64,000 nt of DNA, taken from a virus. The number at the start of each line of letters is the position of its first letter. Positions within the stretch are counted from its first letter, which is position 1. A program made the position numbers and the translations under genes. A model generated the notes under the pieces. That model had not been told where the DNA came from and searched no databases. It was given only the letters and a program-made list of their open reading frames with translations. The stretch lies in the IMG/VR virus record IMGVR_UViG_3300033153_007754, positions 32,001-96,000 of that record; one strand, written 5' to 3'. Below are positions 1 to 11,007 of this stretch, piece by piece.

Positions 1-223
1 GTTTAAATAAATGTTTTAATAAACTATGTTTTTCTAAAATAAAACCTGTCTTATATGTATACATTTCAATACTAAATCCCTTAGGTATTACATCAATTGT
101 AAAGCTAAATTGTGCCGATTCTTTTAAGTAAATTAGCGTTAAATAATTATTCTTTTTCGTGTCTGTTATTTGCACTTCTAATACATCATTATAACCACAT
201 AAATCTATATCGTATCTTTTCAT
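1..223 (-). CDS. hypothetical protein, partial (runs off window start)
   Basis: ATG at 223 preceded by a GGGG RBS-like element; frame open to position 1. Confidence 0.55.
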   Translation of the reverse strand, partial: MKRYDIDLCGYNDVLEVQITDTKKNNYLTLIYLKESAQFSFTIDVIPKGFSIEMYTYKTGFILEKHSLLKHLFK

Positions 224-236
224 ATATCCCCTTTTT

Positions 237-611
237 TTAAACCCACATATCATGAAAATAAACTTGTAATAATCTAAAAGCTTCTTTAATGTCTTTATCC
301 ACTTGTTCAATTGCTTTATTTTCTTTTTTTGTATCATTGTAATATTTATCATGTAAATCACTAATTATATCATCCCAATGAGCTAATTTATAGAAACCAC
401 GCTCCATTTTTCTTAATTTCCTATTCCAACCTTTAGGTGTTAAATTAAAAGGGTATGAATGGGTTCTTTTTCTAAATTGTTTTATTCTTGTATAAAGGAA
501 TTTAGCCATATATGTTCTTAAATCCCACATTTCTTCAGGCATTGTTCCAGTCGTAAATATATGTGTTACAGTATATTTAAATCTTTTAATTGTTCTTATT
601 AATTTAAACAT
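237..611 (-). CDS. hypothetical phage protein
   Basis: 124 aa ORF with AGGAG RBS upstream. Confidence 0.7.
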   Translation of the reverse strand: MFKLIRTIKRFKYTVTHIFTTGTMPEEMWDLRTYMAKFLYTRIKQFRKRTHSYPFNLTPKGWNRKLRKMERGFYKLAHWDDIISDLHDKYYNDTKKENKAIEQVDKDIKEAFRLLQVYFHDMWV

Positions 612-751
612 TTTAACTCCTATTAAAACATCACATCTATTTAATATAATATATTTTTTTATGAATTTAATAAATTTATTAAAATATTTTATTAAATGAT
701 ATGAATGTGATATATTTGTTACAACATAATAAATGTAAATTTTGGTTTATT

Positions 752-790
752 ATTAAGGAGTGAAACAGGTCGAATTATTCACTCCTTAAT
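752..790. terminator. long stem-loop, probable terminator downstream of the radical SAM gene
   Basis: inverted repeat TTAAGGAGTGAA ... TTCACTCCTTAA. Confidence 0.55.
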
Positions 791-800
791 GTAAATCATA

Positions 801-1820
801 TCAAAAATCAAACTCTGTTATTAGATTTATTATGACATTTGTATAATTACGTTTTTTTAATATATATTTTAATTCTTTATTTTTATATCTCTTTTTTAAG
901 AATGTAAAAAAATCTACATTACAAAAAAAACTTGGTTGATTAATCCATGCTGCAAAATCAATAAAAAAATATTTTAATTCAACATCCCAACAAACTTTAT
1001 CTCTCATAAAATAGGGTAATATTTTTTTATTCTTAAGATATTCTATCCTTAAAAAAAGTTTCTTGATATCCATATTAATAGGGTTATAATAAACAAAAAA
1101 CTTCAACATCCAATTAGTTTTTACATGTTTTTGTATAATCACCAATTTTGAATCAATTATTTTTTTAAAACTCCAATTATCAAACGCAAAAGTTAATTTC
1201 CCATTATAGCGAATATTATTTAAGAGTTTCATGTTTTTATTGTTTATTAGTCTTATATCCAGTCCTTGATTGAAATCACATTTTATTTTTTTATCTATTA
1301 TTTCCTGTAATATTTTTAGGTGTTCTGGGTATGATAATATATTATTATCCATAAATGATATTTTTTTAAAACCATATTTTGTGATGTCATCAATTTCCTG
1401 ATAAAAATGTAATTTACCTTCTGTTTTTGGAACAAAACAAAAAGAACATTTTCTGATACAACCTTTTGTTATAAATCCATATCCTGTTTTATTTTGTGGA
1501 TATAAACTATAATCTAAATCACAAGAATCAATTTCTTCAGGAAGTTGGTTTAATTGGTTAATACTACCTACACCACCAATAATAATATTATCAGAATTTA
1601 TTATTTTAAATTTATTTTGATTGATTGTGAAAATATTAGAAACATAAACGGCATTATAATTTTTAGCATCTATTTTTATAACACGTTTATTTGATGGGTA
1701 GCCGTTTAATTTCAATTGTAAGAAATCTACGTCATCACCATTTTTCTTGTAATATGTCGATAGTTTCATTATTGCGATATTTGGGGTTTTACTATCCACA
1801 TCAATTAATAATATTTTCAT
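801..1820 (-). CDS. radical SAM protein (phage-type)
   Basis: CxxxCxxC motif GCIRKCSFCFVP, plus FMDNNIL, DFNQGLDIRL and FAFD motifs; likely start MKILLIDVD. Confidence 0.85.
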   Translation of the reverse strand: MKILLIDVDSKTPNIAIMKLSTYYKKNGDDVDFLQLKLNGYPSNKRVIKIDAKNYNAVYVSNIFTINQNKFKIINSDNIIIGGVGSINQLNQLPEEIDSCDLDYSLYPQNKTGYGFITKGCIRKCSFCFVPKTEGKLHFYQEIDDITKYGFKKISFMDNNILSYPEHLKILQEIIDKKIKCDFNQGLDIRLINNKNMKLLNNIRYNGKLTFAFDNWSFKKIIDSKLVIIQKHVKTNWMLKFFVYYNPINMDIKKLFLRIEYLKNKKILPYFMRDKVCWDVELKYFFIDFAAWINQPSFFCNVDFFTFLKKRYKNKELKYILKKRNYTNVIINLITEFDF

Positions 1821-2568
1821 TTTTAACCATATCAAATAATTCATTCATCATTTTTATATTTCCATCTATTTCAACTTTTGTTTTATAATATTTTTTAATG
1901 AATTTAATACTTTCTTCTTGTGTACCGGCAAAACCACCGATGTGTATTATTTTGGGGTTGATGTGATTTAAATATATTTTTATTTTATATTTACTAAATT
2001 TATTAATTTCATATTTATGTTCACATAAATCAAAGATTCCATATATTTCTTCAACTCTGTTTATATTCCACTTAGTTAAATCCTGCTTGAATGAATTAGC
2101 ATTATAAAACATATATTTCATATCAGTAACACTTGATATATCCCAGTTGCTTATATCAGCATTAAAAGAAGTAGCATCACTAAACATACTACTCATATTA
2201 GTAACATTTGAAACGTTCCAGTTACTTATATCTTGATTAAAGGATTTTGCATTATAAAACATCCAACTCATATTATGAAGATTTGAGACATCCCAATCAT
2301 TCATTTTTATTTTTGGATATTTCTTTAATATTTCTTCCCATGTAAAACCTATTTCTGGTGCATGTGACAATATGATTTCATTATTAACTTTTTTATCAAT
2401 ATATAGGTTGCTGGCATATGCTTTATATTTAGGTTTCTTTGGAAGTACAAAATTATTATTATCTTTATACTTATCAAATAATTCATAGATGGTTAAACCA
2501 TTCTTATCTATGTTAAAAAGAGTTACTTCTTTTTTAAGTTTTTTTACATTGAATTTTCTACTTGTCAT
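1801..2568 (-). CDS. DUF285/BspA-type 25-aa repeat protein
   Basis: tandem repeats W(D/N)VSNVTNMSxMFxxAxSFNxDIS. Confidence 0.85.
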   Translation of the reverse strand: MTSRKFNVKKLKKEVTLFNIDKNGLTIYELFDKYKDNNNFVLPKKPKYKAYASNLYIDKKVNNEIILSHAPEIGFTWEEILKKYPKIKMNDWDVSNLHNMSWMFYNAKSFNQDISNWNVSNVTNMSSMFSDATSFNADISNWDISSVTDMKYMFYNANSFKQDLTKWNINRVEEIYGIFDLCEHKYEINKFSKYKIKIYLNHINPKIIHIGGFAGTQEESIKFIKKYYKTKVEIDGNIKMMNELFDMVKNENIIN

Positions 2569-2664
2569 TTTAATAACCTCAAAAATATATTATACATTTT
2601 TTTCTTTATTAATTAAAATATAAATATAACATATATATTTTAAATTTTTAAATAGGAAGTAAAT

Positions 2665-3135
2665 ATGCAAACAAAAATAATAACATTAATTCTATTACTG
2701 ATGTCAGTGACGTCGTTTCTAAGAGCCGAAAATAAAAAAGCCGACAAAGTCGTCGATGCTATAATAAAAGTAGAGTCAGGTGGGCTTTCTAGTGCTATAG
2801 GTGACAGTTTTAGTAAAGATAATTATTCTGTTGGGCTTGGTCAGATAAGACTTAAAACAGGTGAGTGGGTTATTTTTAATAAAAGAATAGTACAATCTAA
2901 ATATCAAAGATTTTTTTTACAGGCTTATTATAACTTTTTTGGGATAGAAAAATTATTGCTTAATCCAAATATTAACAAGTTTTTAGTAAAAAAATATATA
3001 TTATGGTTAAGAAAACAACATAAAGGTAATTGGAAGAATGCAATAATTAGTTATAACACTGGATTAAATGCAAAAAAACAAGTTAGATTGAAATGGGGAA
3101 TTATTTATTATAATAAAGTGAGTAAATATTTGTAA
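2665..3135 (+). CDS. lytic transglycosylase (SLT) with signal peptide
   Basis: AIIKVESGG catalytic Glu, GLGQI and AIISYNTG motifs; hydrophobic N-terminus. Confidence 0.85.
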   Translation: MQTKIITLILLLMSVTSFLRAENKKADKVVDAIIKVESGGLSSAIGDSFSKDNYSVGLGQIRLKTGEWVIFNKRIVQSKYQRFFLQAYYNFFGIEKLLLNPNINKFLVKKYILWLRKQHKGNWKNAIISYNTGLNAKKQVRLKWGIIYYNKVSKYL

Positions 3136-3165
3136 ATACTTTTATATTTTTTTTTGGAGGTAAAG

Positions 3166-3741
3166 ATGTTTAATGGCATTACAGAACACTTAAATAATAT
3201 TATTAAAATATTAAATGAGGGTGTAGGTAAAACATAACAAGTTTGTGTTTTACATGTAAGAGAAGGTGGAAAAGAGATTTATAGAAATGTATTTGATTCA
3301 CATAAAGAAATTAAATACTTTTTAGATTATAATGGTGCAAATAAAAAAGGGAATAATCGTTTCCCTAAAAGTAATATTTTTAACCCAGTTGAAGGATTTA
3401 CCACTAAAGAGTTAAATCAATTAAAAAAAGGTAAAGAAATCAAACACCTCACATATTCTTTGTGGCTTGAACAAGTTGGTGTTAAAATTGATGAAAAATT
3501 AAGACCAAACGAAGATATATTTGTTTTTACTTCTAGTGCATATGAAGGTTATTTTGGTGGATGGATAAAGTTAATGGAATTCTTAAATATATCACCAACT
3601 GAAGAAGACAAACAAAGCAAAATGGTTGATGGTGTGTTAAAAGCTGAACGTAATCGTAATAATTATTATTATGGGGATAAAACAGTAATAATGAGGATTA
3701 AACTTAATACAACTATACCTCGTGAAGTATACCCTGTATAA
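3166..3741 (+). pseudogene. hypothetical protein interrupted by one in-frame TAA (3235-3237)
   Basis: GGAGG RBS and ATG at 3166; frame stays open after the TAA and joins ORF 3460..3741. Confidence 0.65.
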
Positions 3742-3815
3742 ATTACTTAATTCGATATTGTATATTTGGCACTGTTATTGTAGTACCAGTTCACCCCCTA
3801 TCAGTGCTTTTTGGA

Positions 3816-6260
3816 TTATATTTCCATTTTAGCGGTTAATACAATATTATTTGCATCACCTGTTAAACTAGTATTCACCAGCATTAATTCGATATAATCA
3901 CCTGCATTAACAGTTTCATAAATCACTCCAATACTAAGGCTTTGGTCTTCACCACCATAATTACCAGGTGGTAGCTCGGTACCTGATATAATAGTAGTTC
4001 CATTTTTTCTTAAATATCCAGTGACATTATAGGTACTGCCACCAGTACTATTAATACCTAACCAATACGATAATGCAACTAACCCACCAGCTTTGAAATC
4101 TAACCTAGATATAGTTGTATCATTATGTTCAATTACGTTTGGGTCCCATTCTTTATCGGTTGTATTAAATGGTACGGGTGTAGCACTAGTGAACGAAGCA
4201 GAAGACCAAGCACCATTATATCTTAATTGTGCAATTACGGCTCTTGTTGCTGTTGTTGCTAAACCATCACCAACATTTGGGTATGCAGCACCAAAATTGA
4301 ATAATTCATTTTTATTCAACCTTATTGAACTTAAACCATTTTGAATAAATGATTGACCATCAGATGTTGTCATATTAACTTTACTATCATTACTTGATAA
4401 GTTAAAAATAAAAAATTCTCTAAAAATACCATCATTAGTAATTGTATCAGTGTTTGGTATTGTTATTGTTATATCTATTGTATTATTACACATTATAACA
4501 TTATCATTTTCAAAATCAAGAATGTGATTTGCGGTAATACCAATGGTGTTATATCGACTGGATAACATGTGTTTAATCGCACCACCAGAATTTTTAACCC
4601 AAGGTACCAAATTATCATCTATACCCATTTTAGATTCACCCGCTGGTGCAGTAACATCACCTGGTATTGAATCTTTTATTGCAATTGGTTTATCAAATGT
4701 TTTTTCACCTTCAATTGTTTGCGTTTGGTCATTAATATGACCCCAAGTTATACCAGGACCAGCTAATTGTAAATTGGACAAATTCAAATGTGAACTAGGA
4801 TTCGCTCCTTGCGCTATCTCTGAGGTTCGCCAATCAGTATAATCTTCACCTGCTGAATTTGTCCTTGTTTTTGCTTTAACGGTATTTGTATAACTATCGC
4901 TTGTTTGGTATATCACAGTACCAACTGGTACAACTTCGGCCGTAATTAATACATTTAACAAATTCGATATTTCAGTACCAGCCCCATCCCTTGCACTACT
5001 TAACGTATTGTACTGAGTTTGACCCATTGCAGCAACTATTTTAAAATTGTCTTCTGCTGAATTAACGGCAAAAATATGGTACAATACGAAATAATTATTA
5101 ATAACTTCTGTTAGTTGCCAATTACCACCAACATTTTCATTGAATGCTAATCTTCCAGTACCGGCGTTTAAAACTGGAAACCCACCGTTAAATTGATATC
5201 TTTTTAGTTCAGCGCCTTCAAGGTAATAAATTGGTATACCCGTTGTTGAACCGATTGAATTTACAGTTGTTACCAAATCTTCATCTATAATTGCACCAGC
5301 ACTAATACTAAATTGTGCATGTGAATCTACATCGCCGGATGCATCAATGACGAAATTATCTAATCCTAATCCATATAGAAATTGCGCCCCCCTGGTAGTA
5401 TGTAAATACGAATGAATTACTGGTGACATGCTGATACCATGCCGTTCGTCAGGGAAATATATTTTCTTTTTATTAGTGGCATCCCAATATATATTAGTAA
5501 CCAAACATTTACTTAGAATTATAATTCTGATTTGTTCACCAGTTGTAATAAATTCAGATGTAAGTACACCTTCGTGAAAGTAAATTGAATATAAACCTTC
5601 AACATCAGGCAGAATAATATCTTGTTGAGTTGTTTTTATATATTTAATCCCATTTTGATAAAAATGAAATATAGCACCTGTTGGTGCTATTGCAAACGTC
5701 CTTGTTGCATTCACAAACGCTATTGTTGTTGCTACTACTTGGTTTGCTGGAAACCCGTTTGTATCTGTTATTTCTGCTGTTAATTCGGATATTGTTTTAT
5801 CCATAATTATAACACCATTTGTATCATCAACAACATCTACGAAACCACATACAATGTTAAATTTATCACCAATTGGTCTGACTGATGTTAAATCACCATC
5901 AGTATCCAGATAAGCAGGTCCAACAGCCAATGTTGATGTATCTATGCCAGTTACTGGACCAAATAAAATAGCATCCCCTGTTTCACCATTTAGGATAGTA
6001 CTATTAATCATACCAATAAATCTGGACTTTATATAAGATGTTGCATCCGCGTATTCTATTTCAGCCAGACCACCAACACCACCAATTGGGTGGACTATTT
6101 TCCCTTTTAACAGGGTGTCACCTGTGTTATTTATTACCGCAACAACATTTTTTTTCCAAAAATTATCATCAGCATATTTTTTAACTATCACCTCATTATC
6201 AGAAGTTGGTGCAATATAATCATGCCCTATAAAAATGGGTTTATGGAATGTTTTTTTCAT
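3816..6260 (-). CDS. large virion structural protein, tail fibre/appendage-like
   Basis: 814 aa, rich in Gly/Thr/Asn with beta-strand character; QTIEGEKTF fibre-type motif. Confidence 0.6.
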   Translation of the reverse strand: MKKTFHKPIFIGHDYIAPTSDNEVIVKKYADDNFWKKNVVAVINNTGDTLLKGKIVHPIGGVGGLAEIEYADATSYIKSRFIGMINSTILNGETGDAILFGPVTGIDTSTLAVGPAYLDTDGDLTSVRPIGDKFNIVCGFVDVVDDTNGVIIMDKTISELTAEITDTNGFPANQVVATTIAFVNATRTFAIAPTGAIFHFYQNGIKYIKTTQQDIILPDVEGLYSIYFHEGVLTSEFITTGEQIRIIILSKCLVTNIYWDATNKKKIYFPDERHGISMSPVIHSYLHTTRGAQFLYGLGLDNFVIDASGDVDSHAQFSISAGAIIDEDLVTTVNSIGSTTGIPIYYLEGAELKRYQFNGGFPVLNAGTGRLAFNENVGGNWQLTEVINNYFVLYHIFAVNSAEDNFKIVAAMGQTQYNTLSSARDGAGTEISNLLNVLITAEVVPVGTVIYQTSDSYTNTVKAKTRTNSAGEDYTDWRTSEIAQGANPSSHLNLSNLQLAGPGITWGHINDQTQTIEGEKTFDKPIAIKDSIPGDVTAPAGESKMGIDDNLVPWVKNSGGAIKHMLSSRYNTIGITANHILDFENDNVIMCNNTIDITITIPNTDTITNDGIFREFFIFNLSSNDSKVNMTTSDGQSFIQNGLSSIRLNKNELFNFGAAYPNVGDGLATTATRAVIAQLRYNGAWSSASFTSATPVPFNTTDKEWDPNVIEHNDTTISRLDFKAGGLVALSYWLGINSTGGSTYNVTGYLRKNGTTIISGTELPPGNYGGEDQSLSIGVIYETVNAGDYIELMLVNTSLTGDANNIVLTAKMEI

Positions 6261-6270
6261 TTTTTATCTC

Positions 6271-8676
6271 CTATTTGAAGGTTCTGTTAATTATATATTT
6301 AATATCAATATCTAATCCAGTATCATTATTAATGTTTAATATCAAGTTGTTCCCACTAACAGATGTTGTAAATATTATACCACCAGAACCGGATAATTGA
6401 GGTGTTAAATTTGAATCAGTTTCAACGGTTGTTAAATCAGTGTTATTTTGAAGTGATATCGTTGTATCATCAATGTTTATAATAATAAAATCACACACAC
6501 ATGCTTCAGTATTTCCAGTGTTTTCAGCGTTTAACCTAATAAATATACTTCTATTGTCCAAATTACCAATGACAACATCTGAATTATTACCATTTGTAAT
6601 AGATAAAATTTCTTCAGGTGAATTTTCTGGGTAAACATTTGGAACGATAAATGATATATGTCTTGGTAAGCTAGTGTATTTTGAATTTATACCACTTATT
6701 TTCGGCATTGGTATATTATGACTAACATTCCCATCCCCAGCATCATAATCAAAATCCCATGTTGCACTACCATCTGGTGTTACCCATTCTTTTGTTGGTA
6801 ATGTGCCATTTAGGTTAATTAAATCTGCTTTTATATGCATATTTGATGTTCCATATTTATGCCAAATAAAATAAGGTGTATTAACTAATATCATATCAGT
6901 TGCACCTTTAAATTCAATAGAGCATTGACCTCTTGTTTCGATAACACACCCACAATTTTCAACATGAAAATGTCTATTTACTTCAAACAGATTTTCAAGA
7001 TTATCAAAGTAACCGGCAGCTAGAACACTTTGGAAATATTGGAATGAATTTTGGTACCCAAACGTCATTTCATTCCTAACATCAAAAAATGAACCATCAA
7101 ACCATATCGGAATATTTTCTCCTAAATTCCTTGGCATTAACATGTGAAATGCATTACCATCTATAAATATATTCCTAACAAATTCATTTGCGTTGTATAT
7201 CCTACCTCTTAGTTCAAGATAATTGTTAGTTAAATCTATCCTACCATTTATTGTTATTGATTGGGTATCATCTGCATTAAGAATATAATTATTTGAAATT
7301 GAAATTTTACCTAAATCATCATTTGATTGAAGTAATAACGTGTCATTACCACTATCCAAATTCATGTAGTTAAAATATATTGATGTTTTAAATAAATCGC
7401 TTGAATTTGGTGCTTGAAACTCTAATTTATTGCCATCTGGTAATGTTAAAATAGTAGTTAATTCAACTATTTGGTTTGGTGTATATGCACCACCAACCGC
7501 ACCGTAACCAGATTTTAGTACGGTTGCGTTATTCCCAAAAATAGGTTTTAAAGTAGGAAATGAAGATGCATCATCAGATGTGGATAAAAAACGACCTTTA
7601 TGTTCATCATCAGTCCAAGTTTTTGTTGCATCTGTTTTATACCAGTTTGTAGTGTTTGTTAAACTAGTCGTTTCGATTTGGTTTAAACTACCAGCAATCC
7701 AAAAATATTGGGTGAAAGTGGTGTCAATTGTGAATCTACTAAAATCAAAATCATCCTTGCCAATGGTATGGTTGCCAGCTACATATATAAAATTAATATC
7801 AGTTTTAATTATAGGTTTTAAACTATTTTTAGCTGGATTTATTGTAAGATATGGGTTACCAATACTACCATCCCCAGTACTATCATTTCCAGTTGGTGAA
7901 ATATAAAATGTTTTACTTGATGTTTCAGTCATATTTTCAAACTCGGTTGAATCATTAGTACTGAAATCAAAAAATATAACCCCATTAGCGCTTAAACTAG
8001 CAACACGACCAATAGAAAGATTTCCTGAAGATAAAGTTAAATCACCATTATCGTCAACATACACTTTATCACCAATATTGGCACTAGCTGTATTAAAACC
8101 ATTTACCTGTAAAAGCCCATATGTTACAATTTTAGATGTTGTATCCGTTAAAACATCTGTTGCTAATATACCAATCGGTTTATCATTTGCAATGTTTTCC
8201 AAATAAACAATATTAGGTATTTCGGTATTATATATAGTATCGGTTTTAACAATTTTGTATTGGTTTAATGTACCCACTGTTGAATTTCTAACCACACTTT
8301 TCATTTGTGTTGTTTCAAGAATGTTTGAAAATTCAATCGCATTTTCAGCACTATTAACCTTTAGTAGCTTTCCGGACATATTTGACATATTTGCTGGTGT
8401 ATCTATTAAATCAACAAAAGTAGTACTACCGCCTGGTAAATCTAAACCACCTGAAAAATAAGCATATATTTCTTCTATTAAATCTAAATAATAAATTAAT
8501 TCTACATCATAATCAGAACCATCATAAAAATTAGGATATTCATCAAGTTTATTGCTTATTTTACCAATATGATAACTAACTTTTTCTAAAGTTCTTAATT
8601 TAACATGTATATTTGCTTCTGCGTCTAAAGTTGCTTTAAATATGTTAAACCGTGTTGTTACGCTTGCTTTACTCAT
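6271..8676 (-). CDS. tail fibre/tailspike-like virion protein
   Basis: TFVDLIDTP and FYISPTGNDSTGDGSIGNPYLTI (beta-helix lead-in) motifs. Confidence 0.6.
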   Translation of the reverse strand: MSKASVTTRFNIFKATLDAEANIHVKLRTLEKVSYHIGKISNKLDEYPNFYDGSDYDVELIYYLDLIEEIYAYFSGGLDLPGGSTTFVDLIDTPANMSNMSGKLLKVNSAENAIEFSNILETTQMKSVVRNSTVGTLNQYKIVKTDTIYNTEIPNIVYLENIANDKPIGILATDVLTDTTSKIVTYGLLQVNGFNTASANIGDKVYVDDNGDLTLSSGNLSIGRVASLSANGVIFFDFSTNDSTEFENMTETSSKTFYISPTGNDSTGDGSIGNPYLTINPAKNSLKPIIKTDINFIYVAGNHTIGKDDFDFSRFTIDTTFTQYFWIAGSLNQIETTSLTNTTNWYKTDATKTWTDDEHKGRFLSTSDDASSFPTLKPIFGNNATVLKSGYGAVGGAYTPNQIVELTTILTLPDGNKLEFQAPNSSDLFKTSIYFNYMNLDSGNDTLLLQSNDDLGKISISNNYILNADDTQSITINGRIDLTNNYLELRGRIYNANEFVRNIFIDGNAFHMLMPRNLGENIPIWFDGSFFDVRNEMTFGYQNSFQYFQSVLAAGYFDNLENLFEVNRHFHVENCGCVIETRGQCSIEFKGATDMILVNTPYFIWHKYGTSNMHIKADLINLNGTLPTKEWVTPDGSATWDFDYDAGDGNVSHNIPMPKISGINSKYTSLPRHISFIVPNVYPENSPEEILSITNGNNSDVVIGNLDNRSIFIRLNAENTGNTEACVCDFIIINIDDTTISLQNNTDLTTVETDSNLTPQLSGSGGIIFTTSVSGNNLILNINNDTGLDIDIKYIINRTFK

Positions 8677-8688
8677 GTTTTTTAACTC

Positions 8689-8946
8689 CTATTTCCAGTA
8701 TTCCAAATGGTTTATTGTAAGACCTGTAAAAGTTGTTAAAATGCTTTCACAATAATCTAAATATGTAGAATATTTTACATCTAAATCACTACCAGTTTTA
8801 TAATTTTCTTCTTCAGCTTTTATGATATTAATATATTCACTTGTTTTTTCTACAACACGCACATATTTAATTTTACTTGTCGCCTTTAATGTACCCAAGT
8901 CCGTCAAAAAAGTGTTTAATCTTGTATTTATACTTGTTTTACTCAT
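8689..8946 (-). CDS. small protein paralogous to the N-terminus of 6271..8676
   Basis: MSKTSINTRLNTF..EK.S..I..I....GSDLDV...YLD..E.I...F.G aligns by eye. Confidence 0.7.
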   Translation of the reverse strand: MSKTSINTRLNTFLTDLGTLKATSKIKYVRVVEKTSEYINIIKAEEENYKTGSDLDVKYSTYLDYCESILTTFTGLTINHLEYWK

Positions 8947-8961
8947 ATTCACCCCAGAGTT

Positions 8962-8977
8962 TATAAATATATTTATA
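8962..8977. promoter_or_regulatory. palindromic bidirectional T4-type late promoter
   Basis: TATAAATATATTTATA gives TATAAATA on both strands between divergent genes. Confidence 0.65.
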
Positions 8978-8999
8978 TTATTTTTTAAAAGAGGTGAGA

Positions 9000-9692
9000 A
9001 TGAATCATAGTTTAATAATGGATGTAACAGACGACATAAAAATGAAACCATTGTATGAAAACACTAAAAATAAAATAACGGAACAAACAGAAAAAAGGTT
9101 ATACATTGAAGGTGTTATGTTGAAGCAAAATCTAATCAACGGAAACCATCGAATATATCCTGACACTGTTTTAGAACCAGCCGTTCAAACTTATCAAAAA
9201 CTAATAAAAGATGATAGGGCTACAGGTGAAATTATGCACCCAGATTATTTATCCTTGGACTTAAAAAATGCTGCTATCAAAATAGTTGAATTACGAAAAG
9301 AATCTCCAGGTTCAAATTTTTATTTTGGAAAAGCTTTGGTTTTAGAATCAAAACAAGGTTTATTATTAAAATCTTTACTGAAAGATGTTAACATGGGTGT
9401 TTCAAGTCGAGGTGAAGGCTCTGTAACTGAATCCAGTAACGCTTATATGGTTGATGAATATGTTTTAAGAGCTATAGACGTAGTATCCGACCCAAGTGTT
9501 GTTGAAGCAATGATGACAAGCATAAATGAGAGCTTATATAGTAAGTGTGGAATACTATCTTTACATGAAGAAAAGAAATTGCAGTTACAACAAAATGAAA
9601 TTATTAAAAGTACATTTGATGTTCAGCTTAGAGAGAGTGAATTTATAGAACTAATCAATAAAGTAATCGAATTCACAAAAAAACATTCTTAA
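9000..9692 (+). CDS. prohead core protease (T4 gp21-like)
   Basis: LYIEGV..Q..N.NHRIYP, GEIMHP, MGVSSRGEGS and AIDVVSDPS motifs. Confidence 0.92.
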   Translation: MNHSLIMDVTDDIKMKPLYENTKNKITEQTEKRLYIEGVMLKQNLINGNHRIYPDTVLEPAVQTYQKLIKDDRATGEIMHPDYLSLDLKNAAIKIVELRKESPGSNFYFGKALVLESKQGLLLKSLLKDVNMGVSSRGEGSVTESSNAYMVDEYVLRAIDVVSDPSVVEAMMTSINESLYSKCGILSLHEEKKLQLQQNEIIKSTFDVQLRESEFIELINKVIEFTKKHS

Positions 9693-9745
9693 TATTCCTT
9701 AAATATCAATTTCATGTTACACTTTATTTTTTAATAGAGGTTAAC

Positions 9746-9943
9746 ATGAGAGAAAGTAAAAGTAGAACAAAAAAGAAGTCACAAAAAAACTTAAAATTGT
9801 ATGCTGGGTTTAAAAAAGCAAGAGACAAAAAAATACTTGATAAAAAGATTAAAAAATATGTATTAGCATTAGCAAGAAATAAAAAGATACAAAATAGCAT
9901 TAAGGTTAAAAATGAAGAATCAAAACAAGAAAATACGAAATAA
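9746..9943 (+). CDS. small basic hypothetical protein
   Basis: GAGG RBS, Lys-rich 65 aa. Confidence 0.5.
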   Translation: MRESKSRTKKKSQKNLKLYAGFKKARDKKILDKKIKKYVLALARNKKIQNSIKVKNEESKQENTK

Positions 9944-10208
9944 AAATAATGGTATTATGGATGCTATTAAAGCATCACTTGAAGGTGTACAAGGTATTGA
10001 TAGTGTTAATGGTATAATTGATGCTGAAAAAGAAGATGACGATAATTTTATGTCTATCATTGATTTTCTTGAAATTAAAAGGGGATATACACATGCTGAA
10101 GAAATGATTGAGGTTCGTTGTATAAAAATGAATGGTAAAATTTTAACAGAAGAAGATATGGAATTTTTGATTGACATTAGAGATAAAAATGAAGTGGAGG
10201 TTTATTAA
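9912..10208 (+). CDS. hypothetical protein
   Basis: ORF within a + strand operon. Confidence 0.6.
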   Translation: MKNQNKKIRNKNNGIMDAIKASLEGVQGIDSVNGIIDAEKEDDDNFMSIIDFLEIKRGYTHAEEMIEVRCIKMNGKILTEEDMEFLIDIRDKNEVEVY

Positions 10209-10212
10209 TAAT

Positions 10213-11007
10213 ATGGATAAATATTGTACCAAAGACAATATAAATGTATTTAATGGTGAAGCGTTAAATGTTATGGATTATTTGATAGAAGAAGGTGTTA
10301 AAGTTGATGCAATAATAACAGACCCTCCGTATGGAGCAACTGCTGCTCATTGGGATAAAGTATTACCATTTAATAAATTATGGGTTCGCTTAAATAAATT
10401 AATTAAAAAAAATGGTGCAATAATTTTATTTGGTATTGAACCTTTTAGTAGTTATTTAAGAATGAGTAATATAAAAAATTATAAATATGATTGGATATGG
10501 CAAAAAGGTCGAGCAACAGGTTTTTTAAATGCTAATAAACAACCATTAAGAAGTTTTGAATTGATTAGTGTGTTTTATGGTAGTCAATCAATCTATAATC
10601 CTCAAATGCGAACTGGTTTTAAAGCATATAAAACAACATCAAAAAATTCAACATCTTTATATGGTGATTATAAACCCCATTCAACACAATCTAAAAATGG
10701 TGAAAGATTTCCATTAAATATTATTAAGTTTAAATATGATAAAGAAAGATATCACCCAACACAAAAACCGGTTAAGTTGATGGAATATTTAATTAAAACA
10801 TATACAAATAAAGGCGAAATAATATTAGACTTTACCGCTGGAAGTTTTTCTACTGGTGTAGCTGCTGTTAATATTGAAAGAAAATTTATAGGTATTGAAA
10901 TAGATAAAGAATATTTTGATATAGGTGTAAAAAGAATGAGTGAAGCCAGTAAAACATTAATTAAAGTAAATAAAGTAAGAAGTAATAATATCAGCAGTTT
11001 TTTATAA
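10213..11007 (+). CDS. orphan DNA methyltransferase (N6-A/N4-C family, beta-class motif order)
   Basis: ITDPPY, HPTQKPV, LDFTAGSFST and FIGIE motifs. Confidence 0.9.
   Translation: MDKYCTKDNINVFNGEALNVMDYLIEEGVKVDAIITDPPYGATAAHWDKVLPFNKLWVRLNKLIKKNGAIILFGIEPFSSYLRMSNIKNYKYDWIWQKGRATGFLNANKQPLRSFELISVFYGSQSIYNPQMRTGFKAYKTTSKNSTSLYGDYKPHSTQSKNGERFPLNIIKFKYDKERYHPTQKPVKLMEYLIKTYTNKGEIILDFTAGSFSTGVAAVNIERKFIGIEIDKEYFDIGVKRMSEASKTLIKVNKVRSNNISSFL

Noticed and set aside
3235-3237. Alternative genetic code (stop-codon reassignment)
   Set aside because: TAA, TAG and TGA all terminate conserved genes at the expected positions, and core genes are not fragmented.
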